DNA from: Eledone cirrhosa
Taxonomy: Eukaryota
Direction: 5' to 3'
Assembly (NCBI GenBank): GCA_964016885.1
Contig: OZ024744.1
Span: forward strand, 87,110,001-87,174,000
Length of the DNA: 64,000 nucleotides
The position numbers were made by a program, and so were the translations under genes. Below the pieces are notes generated by a model. It was not told the origin of the DNA, searched no databases, and saw only the letters and a program-made list of their open reading frames with translations. Within the stretch, counting starts at the first letter, position 1, and the number at the start of each line of letters is the position of its first letter. Below are positions 56,595 through 64,000 of the stretch, one piece after another.

Positions 56595-59500
56595 TTACAG
56601 ACACATACTCAGAGAAGGCCCATTCATTCGGGCCATACTTGCTTCTCTCACCCATCTTTCAACAAAATGCTGGGAAGAGAGCACTTCCCTCTCAACCCTG
56701 ATTTTCCTTTTCAAATGAAATTTGAAAAAGTTAATCAGGGCATCACCGAAGAGGTAAGTGCTCGTCTTCAGCCCTTTCAAACGTGTCCACCATACTATCT
56801 CTTTCGCCATGGCCACCAGACAGATAAAAACTGCCTGCCCTTCCCGGCTAAAGGAAGGGGGCGGGGCAATCCTCACGATGGACTCAGCTGATAGCCGGAT
56901 CCGTCCTACACGTGACAGCTGGTGTTCGACATGAACCCACAAGTCAGCAATGCTCGGACACTGGACGAGTGCGTGCAGGACGGTTTCGTCGCACTGCGCG
57001 CATCTCGGACATGCCCGGCTGACGGCACCTCCATGCCTGTAGAGTTTATCCCGAACTGGCAAAGCTCCTCGGTAGCACTGCCAGGCCAGGGATTTCTGGA
57101 AGTTGTCCATAGGCCCCGGCCCGAAAGTCCTTCCGAAGAGATTGGCTAGTTGATTTTCGTCGACGCCGAGAGTTTCTCCAAGTACGTCGTCGCTCTTCCC
57201 CTCCACTAATCCCCTATAGAACGCCAAGGTGGAGTTTCCACCGATCACATTGCCCGATTGGTCGAGGGCTGTGAGCGCCTGAAGACATTCCAGTCTCCAA
57301 GCGCTCCCTCTCGGTCTTCGCTTGACCCAGGACTGCAGCTCCGTCAAGGAGACGAGCTGGGGAAAAACGTGTCTAGCAAACGGCGACCACACCTGATCAC
57401 CGTCGAGGAAGAGGTGGAGATGTCGTAGCCTGAGCGCGTGTCTGCGCATCATCAGCCACGGCATGCCCAGCCCTCCACGTAGCGGGTGTTGACAGCAGAT
57501 GGACCGCCTGACCATCGGAGCGCGTCCCTTCCACAAGAAGCGAAAGAGCAAACGCTCCAGCGCAGTCAGGCGGGGCTTAGGACAAGGGACGACGGTCAGG
57601 CGGTAGTAGATGACGGAGGCGATGTACGCGTTAGCCACCTCCGCTCGACCTTTCAGGGATAGCTTCCTCTCGGCCCATTTCTGGGTGAGAGAAGCCACCC
57701 TGCTCGTCACCTCGTCCCAGTTTTTGTCCGTCTGGAGGTCTGGACCGAACCAGACCCCTAGCAATTTAACCGGTCCGTCCGTCCAGCGCCCGACGACGCT
57801 GTTGGACGGCATGGACCTGCCTCTCCAGGTGCCGAGCGGCAGGCCCACTGACTTTTCCTGGTTGATCATTGCTCCTGTCACCGCTTCGTATTCTCTTAGT
57901 GTAATGCCGATCGCCTCGATGTGTTTGGCGTTCGACACCACTACGGTGACATCGTCGGCATATGCTGACACGGATCGTCCGCATCCTAGTTCGCGCGGGA
58001 CCCCCCTCAACGTCTCCAGTTTGTGCAGTAATGGCTCGAGAGTCAATACGTACAATAGGGACGAGAGGGGACATCCTTGGCGGACCGAGCGCATGATGTT
58101 GAACGGTTCCGAAAGGTGACCGTTCACGCTCACTACTGAGCAGATGTCGCTGTGCATGGCAGCGATCCAGCCTCTGAAGACGGGCCCAAAGCCAGCCGCC
58201 CTCAGGACTGCCGCTAGGTAACGATGGTCGACCCTATCGAAGGCTTTCGATTGATCTAAATTGATCAAAGACCCACCCGTGCCAGGTTCCCTAGCTACCC
58301 TCTCTACGATGTATCGCATGAGGTGGAGGTTGTCGTGGATGGATCTGTGGGGAATGGCGCATGTCTGTGCCTCTCCCACCAGACCACCAACGACAAGCGC
58401 CAACCTCTTTGCTAGCACCTTGGCTAAAATCTTGAACTCTGTGTTTAGCAGAGTTATGGACCTAAAATTATCTATGTTATCCCCCTTGTTCGGATCCTTT
58501 CTCAGCAGCGTCACCGCTCCTCGGCTCACAGAGCTGGGAATTCTCCCGTTCTGTTGCCAGTTGCAGTAGACGTCCGCCAAGAGGCCTCCGAACAAGTTTG
58601 GCATCTGTACGTAAAGTTCATAGGGCAGACCATTCAAACCAGGCGATTTACCCCTTGTACAGCCAGTCATTGCCTCCCGTACTTCAGCGGTTGTTATCGG
58701 CTTTTCGCAACACTCCGCCTCAGTGGCCGAAAGCCGCGGCAGTCCGTCGAGGTAGACACTAAAGTCCATCCCTCGATCCGGCCCGCCACTGCCCCCGAAC
58801 AGTTGAGCGAAGTGTCGCTGAAAAGCTTCACACATTTGCCCGGGATCGAGTAGCATGCGCCCGTCGTGGTCCACCAAAGACCGGATCGTGGCTTTGTTGC
58901 CACGACGCGCCTCCGCCACTCGGGCCCATTGAACGGCTTTCGTCCCCTCGTGTCTGAGAGCACGCACCCTAGCTCTGACAACGCAGCCTTCGTGCTTTGC
59001 ATTGAAGAATTGGTCAAGGGCCAATTTCGCCGCAAGCACGTCGGTCGCGATGCCTTTGCTAAGCGCCTCATCTAATTTTCTAACTAGTTCTCCCTCTGCT
59101 CTATTTTTTTCTATTGATAAAGTCTTACTAAACCTAATGGACTCTATTCTAATCGCTCTTTTCAGAGCAAACCACCACTTGTTGTTGACGATGGCCCCCG
59201 TCAACGCTCGCTTAACTAGTTCGCTAATCCGGTCTCTGTAAGCCTTGCGCGCTGGTAAGGACGCGTTTAGCTTCCAGTAGCCGTGTCCTCGCCTATGAAG
59301 CCTATCTAAGTCAAGCACACAGATCACGAATTTGTGGTCCGTGTAGCTGACTATCTTGAATTGTGGACAGCCTATGCTAGACCTATCTATTTCCCTACAA
59401 AATACTCTATCTAGATATGATCTGGATGACCCTATGCGATTTGTCCAAGTCCACATTGGCACATTCGGGAAATCCAATCGGTACCTGTCAGACAGTTCAA

Positions 59501-60014
59501 AACGCCTGAGCAGGTTGGTGAGGCTCTTGCATCCTCCACCCCTATCCGCTAATCCCACACAATCCCAGCGTGCATCTAAGATCCCGTTCCAGTCGCCCAC
59601 TAACACTAAAGAGCGGGACGTTCCAAGAAAAGTCTCCAGACGCCGGAAGAAATCAGGCCGCCCTGCTCCTGTCGGGGCATAGACGGCCACTAACCTGAAA
59701 GCTTGCCCGTCTCCGCTGGTCACGTCCAGCACCACCAACTTACCTTCTGGGTCCAGGAAGATGGCCCGTATGGCAAGATCCAAACCTCACCGAAAAAGCA
59801 CAGCAACTCCTCCCCCCGATCCCGGACGGCTGGGAGATGCGTACACATCGTAGCCGCCGAAGATCGGTGCGAAAGCCTGTGCTTCGGAGATTCTGGTCTC
59901 GCTGATGGCCACTACATTTATGTTTAGTGACCTGAGGTCGTTGAGCAGGTGGCCCTGCTTCGATGACGACCCCAAGCCACGCGCATTTATGCTGCCTATT
60001 CTGAGTGAGGTCAT
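56595..60014 (-). CDS. LINE ORF2 (APE endonuclease, reverse transcriptase, CCHC), with one in-frame TGA at 59787-59789
   Basis: SINARGL, ISET, YAPT, VGDWN, LDRVF and TDH (APE); KSPG, LDQSKAFDRV, VRQGCPLS and AYADDV (RT); CPRC..ETVLHALVQC. Track ORFs 59787-60014 and 56595-59783 are in the same frame (LFR*GLDL). Confidence 0.93.
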
Positions 60015-60048
60015 GTTGAAAAGGAGTGGAAAAGATGGGAAAGACCAC

Positions 60049-62043
60049 TTACCTTACTTCTCGTAGGGGAAGGACGGTTTTTCCATCCTTTTCACTGCTT
60101 GTGGCCTCCTCAGGAAGGATGTCCTTATAAATCCTCCTGGAGAGTGCTTGGCGGAAGTCTCCGATGTCTTTGGGGAATTTTTGTTTTAGTGTCATGTACG
60201 TTTTCTGTGTGATGTGAGTGATTTGTATGTGTGGAGGTGGTGTGAATTTTGGGGTTGTTGTGTAGTCTTTTTCTGTGATGCTGGTGTTGTGTTGGATGTA
60301 GTGTAATAATTGCTTGTTGTTCAAATTTAATGCTGTGTAGTGTGTATCGTTTTGGTTGTTTTGTTTTGTTTGCGTTTGTTGTGGGTTTGTTTCTGTTTCG
60401 CATTTTGGTGACTTTTGTGGTGTAGGTGATGGTGGTGTTGGAGTTAATGATGGTGATGGTGTTGGTGTTTGGGTTGATGGGGTTGGTGATGCTGGTGTGG
60501 ATGGTGGCATATCTGTCCTAACCTTTTTGTTTCTTAGTTTATTTGTTTCCCTCTGTATTTTGTTTTTGGAGGGGGAAGGAAGAGAATTTTTTCTTTTTTG
60601 GTTTCTTTTTTTTTTTTCCGGATATCGTTTCCCACTCCTCGTCGTCACAATCTGTCTCCAGTTGTGATAGGCCGGGGAGTGGAAAATCCTCCACAGCCGT
60701 TAGTTTTGGTTGTGGTGTGGTGGATGGTGTAGGCGCTGGTGCTAGTTCTGAAGCGTTGGGTGGTGGTGGTGTTGGTTTTGCTGGTGGTGGTAGTGGTGTT
60801 GGTTTTGCTACTGTTGCTGGGGTTGTTGCTGTTATAGTTGCTTCTGTTGTTGCTGCTACAGTTGTTGCTGCCGTCTCTGCTACTGGTGGTGTTGATGGTT
60901 GTGTCACTGGGGTGGGTAGGAGAGGTGGCCTCAACCTTTTAGCCTGAGGGCAGAAAGCCCTTAGGTGGGTTCCTTCACCACAAACGACACACCTAGGTCT
61001 TCTGCCCTCGACAATTACCGTGAGGTGGCTGCCGTCAGTGAGGTCTATTACCTCTGGGATCTCCTCAATGCTTTTTTGGTCCGCTTGGATTAGGAGCTCC
61101 ATCCCAGATCCGGACCAGTTTTCCTGCTTTTCTTTTGCTATTGCTATTATTTTCGTGTTGGCTTCGATGCCGGCGAGGACAGCCGCTATTTGCCAGGGAA
61201 TTTCGATGGCCGGTGGAACGTGGGTCACCCTGATCTTTACGAGTCTCTGGCCACAATAGCTTGGGACGAGTGTGAAGTCGTCACTTTTTAATGGGACCAT
61301 GGAGTGTCCTCTAGCCTCCTCTGGTGTTTCAAAGAATACATCCACGGTTCCATACTTTTGCCCACGTCTGATGTGGGTTTTTCTTGCCCACACATGTCCC
61401 AAAGCTTTTTGGATTTGGGACTCGGATGCCCGTTCCACTCGGCGCGATTTTACATTTATTGTTCTATACGACACGGTGCATAGGCGCCGATGCTTCATTT
61501 TATTAGGTGGGGGGGGGGGGTGAGGCTGACCCTGTACCCATCTTTCTTTACCATTTGTTTGGCATTTTCTAAATCCTCCTGAGTTACCGTAAATGCTTCG
61601 AACTGTTTTGCGACTCTGGCGAAACTGAGGGGGTTTTTATAATGTCATTGTTGTTGTTGTTGCTATCGTTAATATTAATTTTAGTTTCAGTTGTGGGGGT
61701 GGTGACGTCAGTCGTCTTTGGTGGGGAAGAGTCCATTTTGCTTGATTTCATTTCGACATCACGAGTTAATTTAATTTTTTTCTTCTTTTGTTTCTGTTGT
61801 CACGGTGGTGGTGGTGGTGGTTGTTGTCGCGGTGGTGGTGGTGGCGGTGGAGGCTTTAACACCTGCAGTCATTGGTAATGGCGGGAAATGAATCTCTGCC
61901 TGAGACAAATTTAAAATATTGCTAGTGCTTATATTTTTTTTTGTGTTGGCAAACGTAGTAACATTTACAATGGTGGTGTCGGTGTGAGGTGTTAATTTGG
62001 GAGGAAGGCTTTCAGCTGCTTCGTGCAGAGGTGAATTAGCCAT
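60049..62043 (-). pseudogene. LINE ORF1 (gag-like, zinc knuckle), frameshifted
   Basis: CVVCGEGTHLRAFC knuckle, an RRM-like segment (KYGTVDVFF), and Pro/Thr-rich and basic regions. The frame changes near homopolymers at about 61775, 61510 and 60610. Confidence 0.8.
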
Positions 62044-62213
62044 TTTTTTCAAAGAAATTTTTTTGATAATAATAAAAGCTTAAATTTTGGGCCCAGGGCC
62101 CCAATCTTTTTGGGTGTCCTTTTCGGAAAACAATGTATGTGCGCTTATAAACAGTTAACAATAACATTTTCCATAAATGACAATTTTTAACAAACGGAAA
62201 TAACAAACCTTTG

Positions 62214-62945
62214 CGGAGGGAATGCTAATGGCTGCGCAGGAACAGGCCCTCAAAACGAAGTGGTTGAAGCACCATATTTACAAGGAGGAGGCTAGGCCAC
62301 TGTGCAGGATCTGTGGAGAGAGAGAGGAGACTGTGGCTCACATTGTGTCCGAGTGTAAACACCTAGCCCAGACCCACTATAAGGGCTGGAGACACGATGT
62401 GATGGGCAGGGTGATCCACTGGCACCTGTGCAAAGTAAACATTTTACCACATTCTGAGCAATGGTATGAGCATAGGCCAGAGGCGGTGATGGAGAACAAT
62501 CAGGTGAAGGTGCTGTGGGACTTTAGGATACAGACGGACAAAAAACTGGAACACAATAGACCTGACCTGGTGGTTGTGGACAAAGAAAACAGATCGTGTC
62601 TGATTGTGGATGTGGCCTGCCCGTTCGATGCGAGAGTGCAAGAGAAGGAGAGGGAGAAAATTAACCGATACCAGGACCTAAAGTGGGAGGTGAAAAGGAT
62701 TTGGAACTGCCATGAAGTCAAAGTGATCCCGATTGTCATAGGCGCACTGGGGACTATCTCCAAAAGTTTCCAGGGATGGTTAAAGAAAATCGGCCCCTTC
62801 ACGCTTTTTGGAACGCTTCAAAAGGCATGCTTGCTTGGAACAGCAAGAACCCTCCGATACGTCCTGAATATCTGAGGCTGCAGGTAGTGGCTTGATATTC
62901 AATCCAACGGACTTTCCAGTTAACCAACATCAATGACTGAGATTC
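62214..62945 (+). mobile_element. 5'-truncated R4/Dong-clade LINE (CCHC plus REL endonuclease, 3' UTR)
   Basis: ORF 62222-62875 has CRICGEREETVAHIVSEC, RHD, RPDLVVVD..IVDVACP, EKINRY and PIVIGALG. A (TAA)n tail follows at 62950-62982. Confidence 0.93.
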
Positions 62946-62983
62946 AAGGAATAACAACAATAATAATAATAATAATAATAATA

Positions 62984-64000
62984 GTCTGTCCCCTCTGTTG
63001 TTTGTCCTTGCCCTGATGCCCCTGACCAGTGTACTGCGAAAAGTGAGAGCAGGATACAGGTTGGGAAAGGGAGGGCTTACCATCAATCACCTCCTCTTCA
63101 TGGACGATCTTAAGCTCTTCGGGAAGAGTGAGAAGGATTTGGATGTGCTTGTTGACACTGTCCGTATTTTCACCAATGATATATGTATGCAATTTGGTAT
63201 TAGTAAGTGTGGAGTCATTGTGATGAGGAGGGGTAAGTTGAACAGAAGTAACGGAATCCAGATACCAACAGGTGAGATGATAAAAGAAATTGACTCTGAA
63301 GAAGGATACAAGTATTTGGGCGTTCTGGAGGCTGATGACATCAAGAACAAAAAAATGAAGGAATTGATAAGAACTGAATACCTTCGGAGAGTAAGGAGCG
63401 TATTAAAGTCACATCTGAACAGTAGGAATGCCATAAGTGCAGTAAATTCCCAAGCTGTGTCTATTATTAGGTGCAGTGCGGGAATTCTGAGATGGAATGT
63501 TGCTGAACAAAAAGAAATGGATAGGAAGACTAGGAAGCTATTGACTATCTACAACATGTTCCACAAGAAGAGTGATGTCGATAGACTCTACTTAAGGAGA
63601 TCTGAAGGTGGAAGAGGTCTTATCAGCATAGAGGACTGTGTTCAGATGGAGAAAAACAACCTACACAAATACGTGACTGATAGTAAGTAGCCAATGCTCA
63701 GAGCTGTACTGAAGGAGGGGACAATAGGCCAGGGGATGTTCAAGGAGGAAATAACATCAAGGAGAAAGAGCAGCCTTCAGGAAAAATCCCTTCATAGTAC
63801 CTTCTTTGAGAAAACTGAATTTAGAGATCCACAGACATGGAACTGGTTGAAAAGAGGATACCTTAAAAAGGCTACAGAAGGAATGTTAATGGCTGCGCAG
63901 GAGCAAGCCCTCAAAACGAAGTGGTTGAAACACCACATTTACAAGGAGGAGGCTAGCCCACTGTGCAGGATCTGTGGAGAGAGAGGGGAGACTGTGGCTC
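62984..64000 (+). mobile_element. Second R4/Dong LINE copy (RT C-half onward), running off the window
   Basis: LSPLLFVLAL, HLLFMDDLKL, FGISKC, YKYLG and GGRGL; one TAG at 63688, then in-frame EGMLMAAQEQAL matching the first copy. Confidence 0.92.

Larger units (their letters stand above)
56353..62210 (-). mobile_element. Near-full-length Tx1/L1-clade non-LTR retrotransposon
   Basis: ORF1, ORF2, 3' UTR with AATAAA and a (TTA)n tail. The 5' boundary is approximate. Confidence 0.93.

Noticed and set aside
59787-59789. Selenocysteine or programmed readthrough TGA in ORF2
   Set aside because: The position corresponds to a basic residue (LFRx) in APE domains, and CGA to TGA decay is the simpler explanation; no SECIS recognised.
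57610-59927. Plus-strand ORFs overlapping the LINE
   Set aside because: Antisense shadows of the GC-rich ORF2 with no independent motifs.

Overview
Gene-poor, AT-rich eukaryotic repeat DNA. I could not support any host protein-coding exon; nearly all ORFs in the track are translations of microsatellites. The very dense (TA)n/(CA)n/(TATG)n/(TAGA)n tracts and abundant Nin/Deu-domain tRNA SINEs suggest an octopod cephalopod, but this is inference only. Recognisable elements: (1) one near-full-length Tx1/L1-clade LINE (56353-62210, minus) with a frameshifted zinc-knuckle ORF1 and an APE-RT-CCHC ORF2 broken by one in-frame TGA, plus truncated relatives; (2) two head-to-tail R4/Dong LINEs with an REL endonuclease, separated by (TAA)n, plus older R4 relics; (3) RTE and CR1-like relics, a mariner relic, a hAT MITE with TSD, and a probable Helitron-type element; (4) a Penelope-like element (PLE) 3' end, a minimal hammerhead ribozyme motif, and an 87-bp tandem array with tRNA-like units. 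The most unusual signal is a set of non-coding, fold-back elements embedded in (TA)n. Two families have arms longer than one unit of a circularly permuted monomer (about 615 bp and 440 bp), others carry hammerhead half-boxes, and several unrelated ones share a GTACTCAAT motif 35-47 nt from the TA junction. Together these point to PLE-mobilised parasites that may replicate via circular or tandem templates. Coordinates were read by eye and may be off by a few bases.
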